Part shown: positions 29,001 to 41,460 of the stretch, one piece after another | Numbering within the stretch: the stretch's first letter is position 1 | Layout: each line of letters starts with the position of its first letter | Assembly: GCA_964016885.1 (NCBI GenBank) | Contig: OZ024742.1 | Coordinates: forward strand, 287,060,001 to 287,124,000 | Length of the DNA stretch: 64,000 bases | From: Eledone cirrhosa | Taxonomy: Eukaryota | Direction: 5' to 3' | The notes under the pieces: generated by a model | Seen by the model: the letters and a program-made list of their open reading frames with translations, nothing else | The model's database searches: none | Told to the model about the DNA's origin: nothing | Translations under genes and position numbers: made by a program

Positions 29001-29245
29001 TTCGAGCGACCCTTTAAGGTGCCTACATTCATGGTACCAACTCTGAAGTTTTGGATTGCGTTTGGAGGGTGGGAGCGGTGGGGCGCGGGGGGGGGTGGGG
29101 TTATGTTAGCCATCCTGGGCCGAAACAAGGAGGAGTGCTTGCATTCTCGTCCACGAGGTGAATTTGGCTTTATCTTTGGCATTGTCGCTGAGCGTCCACA
29201 TTTTTCTCTCTTCAACTCTCCAGAATTCCGTAGTCCATCCATCAT
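26012..29245 (-). CDS. RTE ORF: APE endonuclease, reverse transcriptase and PHD finger
   Basis: Uninterrupted frame with APE motifs GTMNVGTL, IQETRW, SAYAPQ, GDLNGH, QVDYIL and RT motifs NYRGIKL, QFGF, FVDLEKAFD, GVHQGSVLSPLLF, YADD, FRYLG. Track start 29257 is TTG; ATGs at 29245, 29242, 29182 and 29113. Confidence 0.95.
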   Translation of the reverse strand: MMDGLRNSGELKREKCGRSATMPKIKPNSPRGRECKHSSLFRPRMANITPPPPAPHRSHPPNAIQNFRVGTMNVGTLKGRSNEVVEMLERKEVDVCCIQETRWRGGSARFIVGKERCYKLFWVGNDNGLGGVGIMVAEKWADKIIDVNRVNDRIIKIRLVLNKTTVTVISAYAPQSGQPRAIKDRFYETLMLATSQITDSDYIVIAGDLNGHVGQHCDGYDGIHGGYGFGTRNEEGSRILEFCDANNLTICNTNFKKRDNHLITYRSGEHTSQVDYILTRRRDRVSVVNTKSHPHEEFTSQHRLIISDLIVRTRRTRQRKRTILRRKIWKLKDPIARNKFQSKLLDAFDSKEEQLESYNIEEQWEFLRANLLTAADEVCGWSRPVGRRRVTWWWNSKVEESIKAKKQAWKVWRDGGSREDYQVARREARRQVYFARREAEERKFKHVLQREDQKREVFRIARQCVKENRDIVGEKCVLNDDGILAITDADKKVAWKCHYERLLNEENKWEKDSLPQIDPIEGPAVLVEGSIISKAIKDMKTGKAAGPSEIVAEMLKASGSVGHTMVTRIVNQVVQNGVVPKEWRSSIIVNCYKGKGDALDRSNYRGIKLIDQVMKVTEKVIAQLIRERIDLDEMQFGFVSGKSTTDALFIVRQLQEKYLAKSKPLYLAFVDLEKAFDRVPRSIIWWSLRKLGVDEWLVRAIQAMYKETVSKVRINNEYSEEFSVKVGVHQGSVLSPLLFIIALQAITEEFKTGCPWELLYADDLTLIAESMTELEKKFQTWKHGLESKGLKINLAKTKVLVCRKENKAAVPSGKWPCSVCRKGVGRNSILCPKCKVWVHKRCSGITGKLTKNIDFTCGRCSGAISSSKCPQNTSSFNCAEGSIEIVDSFRYLGDKISSGGGCSESTVARVRTGWKKFRELIPLLAARGFSLKMKGRLYDACIRTAMLHGSETWALCAEDIRRLERNEACMLRWMCNSNIRERQSINELRKKLEIRGIRCCLLERRLRWYGHVMRMKDDSCITKCRAIKIDGSHGVGRPRKTWDELIISDLTRLHLSKTMSLDRDLWRYSVIEKTRLT

Positions 29246-29386
29246 ATCGAAAAGCAACCAGTTAAGCGATAGTATGGGCCTCTGACTTATGATTGGTCCA
29301 CGTAATAATGGTGGTGCGTGGGGGCGGGAGGGAGGGATGATGGGTTGTTAGCGAGAATGTAAGGATTAAGATAAGATCGCCGTATT

Positions 29387-30275
29387 TTGGGCATGATTTA
29401 ACAATAAACGAAAATACAAGATTTGTTTTGTTTAAGAAATTACGATAGAGAAAATGCGGTGGTAGGGGAAGTATGATTTTTAGAGAAAAGATATGATATA
29501 TAATGGTGAAAATATGATATAGTGTGAAATTAGGACATAGAAGTGATTGAATGAATGGGTTCGGATGGAGAGAAGGATCGAGAAAGAAATTGGGCATAAT
29601 TTAACAATAAACGAAAATACAAGATTTGTTTTGTTTAAGAAATTACGATAGAGAAAATGCGGTGGTAGGGGAAGTATGATTTTTAGAGAAAAGATATGAT
29701 ATATAATGGTGAAAATATGATATAGTGTGAAATTAGGACATAGAAGTGATTGAATGAATGGGTTCGGATGGAGAGAAGGATCGAGAAAGAAATTGGGCAT
29801 AATTTAACAATAAACGAAAATACAAGATTTGTTTTGTTTAAGAAATTACGATAGAGAAAATGCGGTGGTAGGGGAAGTATGATTTTTAGAGAAAAGATAT
29901 GATATATAGATATGATATATAATGGTGAAAATATGATATAGTGTGAAATTAGGACATAGAAGTGATTGAATGAATGGGTTCGGATGGAGAGAAGGATCGA
30001 GAAAGAAATTGGGCATAATTTAACAATAAACGAAAATACAAGATTTGTTTTGTTTAAGAAATTACGATAGAGAAAATGCGGTGGTAGGGGAAGTATGATT
30101 TTTAGAGAAAAGATATGATATATAATGGTGAAAATATGATATAGTGTGAAATTAGGACATAGAAGTGATTGAATGAATGGGTTCGGATGGAGAGAAGGAT
30201 CGAGAAAGAAATTGGGCATAATTTAACAATAAACGAAAATACAAGATTTGTTTTGTTTAAGAAATTACGATAGAG
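29387..30275 (-). promoter_or_regulatory. Tandem 203-bp monomer array (about 4.3 copies) at the LINE 5' end, putative promoter
   Basis: Near-identical units spaced 203, 216 and 203 bp (one has a 13-bp duplication); promoter function is inferred. Confidence 0.6.
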
Positions 30276-30283
30276 ATATATAC

Positions 30284-30344
<61 letters not shown>

Positions 30345-30383
30345 CATATATAAATATATATACATATATTTTTATATATATAC

Positions 30384-30434
<51 letters not shown>

Positions 30435-30469
30435 CATATACATATATATATATACATTTATATATATAC

Positions 30470-30500
<31 letters not shown>

Positions 30501-30501
30501 C

Positions 30502-30564
<63 letters not shown>

Positions 30565-30599
30565 CATATATATATATACATATATATATACATATAAAA

Positions 30600-30649
<50 letters not shown>

Positions 30650-30671
30650 ATACATATACATATATATATAC

Positions 30672-30702
<31 letters not shown>

Positions 30703-30759
30703 CACATAATATATGTATTTATATATATATATACATATATACATATATATATATGTATA

Positions 30760-30826
<67 letters not shown>

Positions 30827-30833
30827 GTATATA

Positions 30834-30909
<76 letters not shown>

Positions 30910-31206
30910 GATATATATATACATATATACACATATATATATACACATATATATATACATATACATATATACATATATATATACACATATATATATACAC
31001 ATATATATATACACATATATATATATACACATATATATATACATATATATATACATATATATATATATACATATATATATACACATATATATATACATAC
31101 ATATATATATATACATATATATATACACATATATATATATACATACATATATATATATACATATATATATACACATATATATATATACATACATATATAT
31201 ATATAC

Positions 31207-31277
<71 letters not shown>

Positions 31278-31486
31278 CATATATATATATACATACATAT
31301 ATATATACATACATATATACATACATATATATATATACATACATATATATATATACATATACATACATATATATATATACATATACATACATATATATAT
31401 ATACATATATATATACACATATATATATACATATATACATATATATATATATACATATATATATACATATATATATACATATATAC

Positions 31487-31519
<33 letters not shown>

Positions 31520-31522
31520 CAC

Positions 31523-31593
<71 letters not shown>

Positions 31594-31719
31594 CACATAT
31601 ATATATATATATACACACATATATATATATATACATATATATATACATATATACATATATATACATACATATACATACATATATATAAATACATATATAT
31701 ATATACAAATATATAAATA

Positions 31720-32290
31720 TAAAGAATTTGCTACCAGATCAACCAACCTAACACTCTTGTTTACCTACCGAAGTGCTTCTACTACACGTAACTCTCTGCC
31801 ACACTATATAAACAAGACGCACGTGCTTGCCACACATATAACATTTGCACTATATAACCGCTTATTTTCATGTTGTATTTAACCTGTATTTTGATTGTAC
31901 CTTTTAATATGAATGTAATCTCTAAGTGTGTACTGCCACTCTAAATGCTGTAATGAATGTTGACCCACAATATTTGATATGTATCTGTATGTCTCTTGGG
32001 TAAAAAGGAGGTCATATAACTGTCCATTCATTAATAAATTGCTCCGAAGAATCCAAAAGCCTCGGTTTGGAGGAAACAGTTGTAAGCACAAAAATGTTTT
32101 GAACAGTTCTTTGATTCTTATATTTCATATAACTGCTCTGTAAATCATCTGATGTTTTTACATTGAGCTACTTAACTTACTGGTAATAAGGTAGTAATAT
32201 ATTACTGCCTACCACTATTTAGGGTTTGTATAAAAAAAAAATATATATAACTGCAAAAGGTTTTTGTATTTACATAACCATAAATAGTAT
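31720..32290 (+). mobile_element. Penelope-type pseudo-LTR remnant with hammerhead-like motif at 32040-32088
   Basis: tgct-CCGAAGA-a-tccaaa(agcctcgg)tttgga-g-GAAA-cagttg-TA-agca. Confidence 0.55.
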
Positions 32291-32318
32291 AATTAATACT
32301 ATGTATAAATACGTATAT

Positions 32319-32434
32319 ATAGGAACCAGTAAGACCCCGACGGCTGAGCTCAAGCCGTTTCGACGGCTAATTCTCGACAGAATTAGCCGTCGAAACGGCT
32401 TGAGCTCAGCCGTCAGGATCTTACTGGTTCCTAT
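32319..32434. repeat. 116-bp near-perfect palindrome
   Basis: 56-bp arms (2 mismatches) around a cgac loop; a single arm recurs at 6581-6635. Confidence 0.9.
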
Positions 32435-32620
32435 TACCCACTCTACTACCCTAAGTATTGAGTACTTTGGTGCATTATGGTCCACCTGGTTCCTTACCAC
32501 ATTTCCTTCGTTATACATATATATATATATATATATACCTATATATACATATATATACACATATACATATATATACATATATATACATATATACATATAT
32601 ATACATATATATATACATAC

Positions 32621-32655
<35 letters not shown>

Positions 32656-32701
32656 CATATATATATACATACATATATATATACATACATATATATATAC
32701 A

Positions 32702-32739
<38 letters not shown>

Positions 32740-32894
32740 CATATATATATACATACATATATATATACATACATATATATATACATATATACATACATAT
32801 ATACATACATATATATATACATACATATATATATACAATATATACATACATATATATATACATACATATATATATACATACATATATATATACA

Positions 32895-32926
<32 letters not shown>

Positions 32927-33033
32927 CATATATATATATACATATACACATATATATATACATATATATATACATATATATATACATATATATATACATA
33001 TATATATACATATATATATACATATATATATAC

Positions 33034-33112
<79 letters not shown>

Positions 33113-33300
33113 TATATACATATATATATACATATATATATACATATATATATACATATATATATACATATATATATACATATATATACATATATATATA
33201 CATATATATATACATATATATACATATATATACATATATATATACATATATATATACATATATATACATATATATATACATATATATACATATATATATA

Positions 33301-33500
33301 NNNNNNNNNNNNNNNNNNNNNNNNNNNNNNNNNNNNNNNNNNNNNNNNNNNNNNNNNNNNNNNNNNNNNNNNNNNNNNNNNNNNNNNNNNNNNNNNNNNN
33401 NNNNNNNNNNNNNNNNNNNNNNNNNNNNNNNNNNNNNNNNNNNNNNNNNNNNNNNNNNNNNNNNNNNNNNNNNNNNNNNNNNNNNNNNNNNNNNNNNNNN
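33301..33500. other. Assembly gap (200 N)
   Basis: Run of n within a TA array. Confidence 1.
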
Positions 33501-33626
33501 CATATCTATACATATATACATATATATATATATATACATACATATCTATACATATATATATACATATCTATACATATATACATATATATATACATGTATA
33601 TATATATGTATATATACACGTGTATA

Positions 33627-33693
<67 letters not shown>

Positions 33694-34148
33694 CTACATG
33701 CTGTCGAAATGTTGGATAAATACTCTATCGGGGCCACCGCGAAGAGGCCACTTTCGGTTATTTGTCGGAGATTTCTTCATAGGAGCCTTTATCCTTATAG
33801 CTTGCTCTAATTGATTTTTTATATGGTTAATTATGCCGATTGGCAGAGGAAATGGTATATATTTTATTTATCTGATAATTCTATAGACATGATTTATGAT
33901 ATATATATATATATATATATATATAGTAGAATAATCGAGTATCGAAAAATCGGCGCACGAGTTCACGATAAACAAAATTCGAGATGAGCGGCAGAGGGCT
34001 CTATAATTCAAATAAATTAGAGCTATAACTATCGTTAAAATACCGTCACACGTAGAATATGTCTACAATCAACCAAATAGCCGAAAAGTTCGACATGGAA
34101 GATTCGGGACACTCAGATAAATTATCAATAAATCAATAAATGAAATGA

Positions 34149-34180
<32 letters not shown>

Positions 34181-34182
<2 letters not shown>

Positions 34183-34225
34183 TCATCATCATCATCATCG
34201 TTTAACATCCGTGTTCCACGCTTGC

Positions 34226-34228
<3 letters not shown>
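34181..34228 (-). mobile_element. Minimal RTE 3'-end insertion
   Basis: (cat)6 followed by cgtttaacatccgtgttccacgcttgcatg, inside (TA)n. Confidence 0.85.
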
Positions 34229-34311
<83 letters not shown>

Positions 34312-34396
34312 ATATATATATATATATATACATATATATATGTGTATATATATATATATATATACATATATATATGTGTATATATATATATATATA

Positions 34397-34427
<31 letters not shown>

Positions 34428-34442
34428 GTGTATATATATACA

Positions 34443-34482
<40 letters not shown>

Positions 34483-34683
34483 CATATATATATACATATA
34501 TACATATATATATACATATTTACATATATATATATACATATATACATATATATTTACATATATATATACATATATACATATATATATACATATATACATA
34601 TATACATACATATATATATACATACATATATATATATATACATACATACATATATATATATACATACATATATATATATATAC

Positions 34684-34717
<34 letters not shown>

Positions 34718-34740
34718 ACATACATACATATATATATATA

Positions 34741-34960
34741 TAAACGTTTGAATATGTGTAATAAGGCCAAAACAGTGCAGGTATGGACATAGAAAAAAGA
34801 ATGCAATAGTAAAAGAATTCGTCTTTCACCTTGAATTTATTTAAATGTCCTTAATTTTCGAGATAATATCTCTTCTTCGGAGGGAAATAAAGGTCTCAAA
34901 CCAGCGTCTTAAATCTCTAGACAAGCCATGCTGACCGGAAATAGTATAGAGTATCTGTCC
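34741..34960 (-). mobile_element. Penelope-type pseudo-LTR with hammerhead-like motif at 34849-34883
   Basis: Minus strand reads cct-CCGAAGA-a-gagat(att)atctc-GAAA-at-TA-agg. Confidence 0.55.
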
Positions 34961-35054
34961 TCCTATATATATATATATATACATATGTGTATATATACAT
35001 ATATATATATACATATACAGATCTACCTGTGAGAGTGCCAACATTTTTAAACAT

Positions 35055-35105
35055 CCCGCCCTTGCAAGCAGGGAAAAGCAGACGTAAAATGATTATGATG
35101 ATGAT
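35055..35105 (+). mobile_element. 3' end of a second RTE family or its SINE
   Basis: cccttgcaagcagggaaaagcagacgtaaaatgattatgatgatgat, as at 6341 and 47076. Confidence 0.7.
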
Positions 35106-35134
35106 ATACACACACATATATATATATATATATA

Positions 35135-36869
35135 TCATCATCAACGTTTAACGTCTGTGTTCCACGCTTGCATGGGTTTGGACGGGGGTAGTCCCACTTG
35201 AGGCAAGAGTGATTGTCTTGCTCGCATAGGACTGTCTGGCAGGTTTTCTAGTTGGATGCCCTTCCTAACACCAACCACATTTACAGTATGGGTCTGGGAG
35301 GTTTTTACCGTGTTGCCTACACGGCCACATTACAGCGTGGACTGTGTGTTTTTTTGTCGTGACACCTACACGATCTCATTTGTTTCGCCCTGGATGTTGT
35401 GGCACCAACATAACTTTACATAGGAGGGGGTGGTGTGGACGGGGGTGTGGATGGTGGGACGGAGGTGTATTTTGTTAGAGATGCCTACTGGCTGGAGTAG
35501 GTTTTACTATGTATTTAGGTAAGGCGGGTCTTCTCTATTACTGAGTACCGCCAAAGGTCTCGGTCCAGTGACATTGTCTTGGAGAGGTGTAAGTGTGTGA
35601 GGTCGGAGTTTATCAGCTCGTCCCAGGATTTTCTAGGTCTGCCTATTCCGTGGCTACCGTCTATCTTTATTGCCCTGCACTTTGTTATACAGCTATCGAC
35701 TTTCATGCGCATCACGTGTCCGTACCAACGTAGCCTTCTCTCGAGTAAACAACATCTGATCCCTCTTATTTCTAATTTTTTCCTTAGTTCGTTTATGCTT
35801 TGCCGTTCACGTATATTACTATTACACATCCAGCGGAGCATGCAAGCTTCGTTCCTCTCTAGTCTGCGTATATCCTCTGCGCACAGTGCCCAGGTCTCAC
35901 TGCCATGCAACATTGCTGTTCGTATGGAGGCATCATACAACCTGCCTTTCATTTTTAGGGAGAACCCTTTAGCGGCTAATAGTGGTATAAGCTCTCTGAA
36001 CTTTTTCCATCCAATTCTGACTCTAGCTACTGTACTTTCGGAGCACCCTCCCCCACTGCTGATTTTGTCACCCAGGTAACGGAAGCTGTCCACTATTTCT
36101 ATAGAGCCCTCTGCGCAATTGAAAGAGTTAGTATTTTGTGGGCACTCGCTGCTACTTATTGCACCAGAGCACCGCCCACATGTAAAATCTAAGTTCTTAG
36201 TTAGCTTACCTGTGATCCCACTACATCTTTTATGCACCCATACTTTGCATTTGGGACAGTTTCTACCTATGCCTTTCCTACACACCGAGCATGGCCATTT
36301 CCCGGAAGGGACCGCCGCCTTATTTTCTTTCCTACAAACTAGAACTTTAGTCTTAGCCAGGTTAATTTTAAGGCCTTTTGATTCTAGGCCGTGCTTCCAT
36401 GTTTGGAATTTCTTCTCTATCTCGGCCATTGATTCAGCTATGAGTGTCAGGTCGTCTGCGTATAGGAGTTCCCATGGGCAGCCGGTCTTGAACTCCTCTG
36501 TTATAGCCTGAAGGGCAATAATAAATAGTAGGGGGCTGAGAACAGAGCCCTGATGGACGCCAACTTTTACGCTAAACTCTTCACTATATTCGTTGTTAAT
36601 TCTAACCTTGCTGACTGTTTCTTTATACATGGCTTGTATAGCTCTCAAAAGCCATTCGTCGACACCTAGTTTTCTAAGGGCCCACCAGATAATGGAACGG
36701 GGGACTCTGTCGAAGGCATTCTCCAAGTCAACAAAAGCTAAGTAGAGGGGTTTACCTTTAGCTAGGTACTTCTCCTGTAGTTGACGTACAATGAAAAGAG
36801 CGTCTGTGGTACTTTTGCCTAACACAAACCCGAACTGCATTTCATCTAGGTCAATTCTCTCTCTGATTA

Positions 36870-36871
<2 letters not shown>
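35135..36871 (-). mobile_element. 5'-truncated RTE LINE (1.7 kb)
   Basis: Open frame LIRERIDL...YADD...EKTRLT with an in-frame 9-bp deletion in the PHD finger; TA arrays on both sides. Confidence 0.95.
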
Positions 36872-36924
<53 letters not shown>

Positions 36925-37733
36925 TGAGAGGATAAAGTTTCATACAAAACAAAGGTTATAGTTAAAAAGTGAAATGCACAGAAGTATGTTTAAAGATTAT
37001 TTTTTTTCTTTAATCCGACAGAATGAATAATTCTATAATTGTTGCGTTAAATATAAGCAGTTTCGATTGGTATAACAATTTTATAAAATATCAAATATTT
37101 AAAAAAATGTTTTTCATATATTCTGTTAGCAGTTAAAAATAGAAAATGTTCTTACCATTCATATTGATTCTCCAGATGACACTTTTAATGTGTATCTCTG
37201 TGGGTATAAAGGTGGGGTTCAATTGTATTTGTGAAACTGAAAAAATGTTAGGGGTGGATATAGAATCTTTTGTCTTGTGGTATGTGAGTGAGTGTGTGTT
37301 ACCCCCTGTATCAAGAGAACAAATTTGTTTTTAAATATTTAACATTTAATATCTAATAAGATTGTTATAGCAATTGTAAAAAGGTTATATTTAATGCGAC
37401 AATTATAAAATTACTGGATTAAAAATATACTTAAATATATACTTCTGTGCATTTTCACCTTCACATTGTAGCTATATATATATACGTATATATACATACA
37501 TATACATATATATATACATATATATGCATATATATACATACATATATATATACATATATATGCATATATATACATACATATATATATACGTATATATACA
37601 TACATATATATATACATATATATGCATATATATACATACATATATACATATATATGCATATATATATATATATATATATACATACATATATACATATATA
37701 TGCATATATATACATACATATATATATATATGC

Positions 37734-37812
<79 letters not shown>

Positions 37813-38003
37813 TATACATACATATACATATATATACATATACATATATATACATACATATACATATACATATATATACATACATATACATATATCTATA
37901 TATATACATATACATATATCTATATATATACATATACCTATATATATACATATATATACATACATATATATACATATACATACATATACATATATATATA
38001 TAT

Positions 38004-38196
38004 GGCGGCTGCCAACTCGTTTTCGAGTACGGCCACTACTTTATATCCATGTAGGAGAACCCCTACCGATGCGCTGAACGAGTGTGACTTTTTAGTCCAG
38101 ACAGAGACTTGAAAACGCTGGCACAAACACCCCACTTGTGACCATTATTGACATATAGTGCTGGGCCCATGGTACATGTGATGACAAGTGCAGAGA
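38004..38196 (-). mobile_element. Truncated copy of the 7142-7748 element
   Basis: Same 3' end ggctgccaactcgttttcgagtacggcc. Confidence 0.85.
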
Positions 38197-38433
38197 TATA
38201 TACATACATATATATACATAAATATAGATAGATATATATATATATATACGTACATATACATATATATATACACACACATATACATATATATACACATATA
38301 TATATATATAGATATACATATATACAAATACATATATATACACTTATAAACATATACATGTACATATATATATACACACATATATATATATATATATATA
38401 CACGTATATATATATACACATATATATATATAT

Positions 38434-38835
38434 GGTGGCTGCCAACTCGTTTTCGAGTACGGCCACTACTTTATATCCATGTAAGAGAACCCCTACCGAT
38501 ACGCTGAACAAGTGTGACTTTTTAGTCCAGCCAACGACTTGAAAACTGGTACAAACACTACACTTGTGACAATTATTGACACAGTGCTGGGCCCATGGTA
38601 CCATGTGACGACAAGTGCAGAGAGATCTCCAGATATAAAGCAATGCCTGTGCCGTGAAGCTTTTATAGTGAGCAAAGGCACTGCACAAAGCCAGTCCCAC
38701 TCTCTTAACCAAGATGATATTTACCAAAAAGAAGAACAAGTCAACATCATTGGATACCATCAGGGTTGCAGGTGTTATATCAGAGTTTTCCTTCTCCTAG
38801 AATTCTGCCTTGACAAAGGCTAAGGGGTCATCTCT
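38434..38835 (-). mobile_element. Truncated copy of the 7142-7748 element
   Basis: Near-identical to 7142-7545. Confidence 0.9.
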
Positions 38836-39241
38836 ATATATATACACATATATATATATACACATATATACATATATATACACATATATATATATACACA
38901 TATATATATTATATATACATATACACATATATATATATACACATATATATATTATATATACATATACACATATATATACATATACACATATATATATATA
39001 CACATACACATATATATATATACACATATATATATACACACATATATATATACACATATATATATATACACATATATATATATACACATATATATATATA
39101 CACATATATATATATACACATATATATATATACACATATATATATACACACATATATATACACATATATATATATATATACACATATATACACACATATA
39201 TATATACATATATATATATATATACACATATATATACACAC

Positions 39242-39279
<38 letters not shown>

Positions 39280-39661
39280 ATATATATATACACATATATA
39301 TATATACATATATATATATATACACATATATATATATACACATATATATATATACACATATATATATATACACATATATACACATATATATAGACATATA
39401 TATATACACATGTATTTATACATATATATATTTACATATATATACATATATATATGTATATATTTATACATATATATATTTACATATATATACATATATA
39501 TGTATATATACATATATATATTTACATATATATACATATATATGTATATATACATATATATATATATACATATATGTATGTATATATACATATATATATA
39601 TATACATATATGTATGTATATATATATATATATACATATATGTATGTATATATATATATAC

Positions 39662-39726
<65 letters not shown>

Positions 39727-40137
39727 CATATATATATATACATATATACACATATATACACATATATACATATACATATATATATATATACATATATATA
39801 TATACATATATATATATACATATATACACATATATACACATATATATATACATATATACACATATATACACATATATATATACATATATATATATATACA
39901 TATATATATATACATATATATATATATACATATATATACATATATATATATATACATATATATATATACATATATATATATATACATATATATATATACA
40001 TATATATATATATAGATATATATATATACATATATATATATATACATATATATATACATATATATATACATGTATATATATACATATATATATATATACA
40101 TATATATATACATATATATATACATGTATATATATAC

Positions 40138-40170
<33 letters not shown>

Positions 40171-40185
40171 CATATATACATATAC

Positions 40186-40216
<31 letters not shown>

Positions 40217-40223
40217 CATATAC

Positions 40224-40290
<67 letters not shown>

Positions 40291-40297
40291 CATATAC

Positions 40298-40332
<35 letters not shown>

Positions 40333-40363
40333 CATACATACATATATATATATATATACATAC

Positions 40364-40402
<39 letters not shown>

Positions 40403-40407
40403 CATAC

Positions 40408-40438
<31 letters not shown>

Positions 40439-40445
40439 CATATAC

Positions 40446-40496
<51 letters not shown>

Positions 40497-40525
40497 GATA
40501 TACATATATATATATATACATATAC

Positions 40526-40696
<171 letters not shown>

Positions 40697-41057
40697 CATA
40701 TATACATATGTATATATATACATATATACATATATATACATATATATACATATATATATATACATATATATATACATATATATACATACATACATATATA
40801 TATACATATATATACATACATACATATATACATATATATACATACATACATATATATATACATATATATACATACATACATATATATATACATATATATA
40901 CATACATACATATATATATACATATATATACATACATACATATATATATACATATATATATATACATATATATACATACATACATATATATACATATATT
41001 TATACATATATATATATACATATATATATACATATATTTATACATATATATATATAC

Positions 41058-41110
<53 letters not shown>

Positions 41111-41161
41111 TATATACATATGTATATACATATATATATATGTATATACATATGTATATAC

Positions 41162-41226
<65 letters not shown>

Positions 41227-41254
41227 TATATATACATATATATACATATATATG

Positions 41255-41285
<31 letters not shown>

Positions 41286-41329
41286 GTATATGTATATATT
41301 TACATATATATATATATGTATATATTTAC

Positions 41330-41360
<31 letters not shown>

Positions 41361-41460
41361 CATATATATATATACATATATATATATATACATATACACA
41401 TATATATATATATATATATATACATATACACACATATATATACATATACACATATACATA

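Larger units (their letters stand above)
25496..30275 (-). mobile_element. Full-length, apparently intact RTE-clade LINE
   Basis: Tandem 5' monomers, single long ORF, about 500-bp 3'UTR and (GAT)n tail; both ends abut TA arrays, so no TSD can be resolved. Confidence 0.95.

Noticed and set aside
26292-29285. Antisense ORFs within RTE copies
   Set aside because: Short shadows of the sense frame with no recognisable motifs
29262-30219. Repeated MPNFFLDPSLHP ORFs as an ORF1
   Set aside because: They arise from the 203-bp monomer, whose length is not a multiple of three; no domain similarity, at most uORFs
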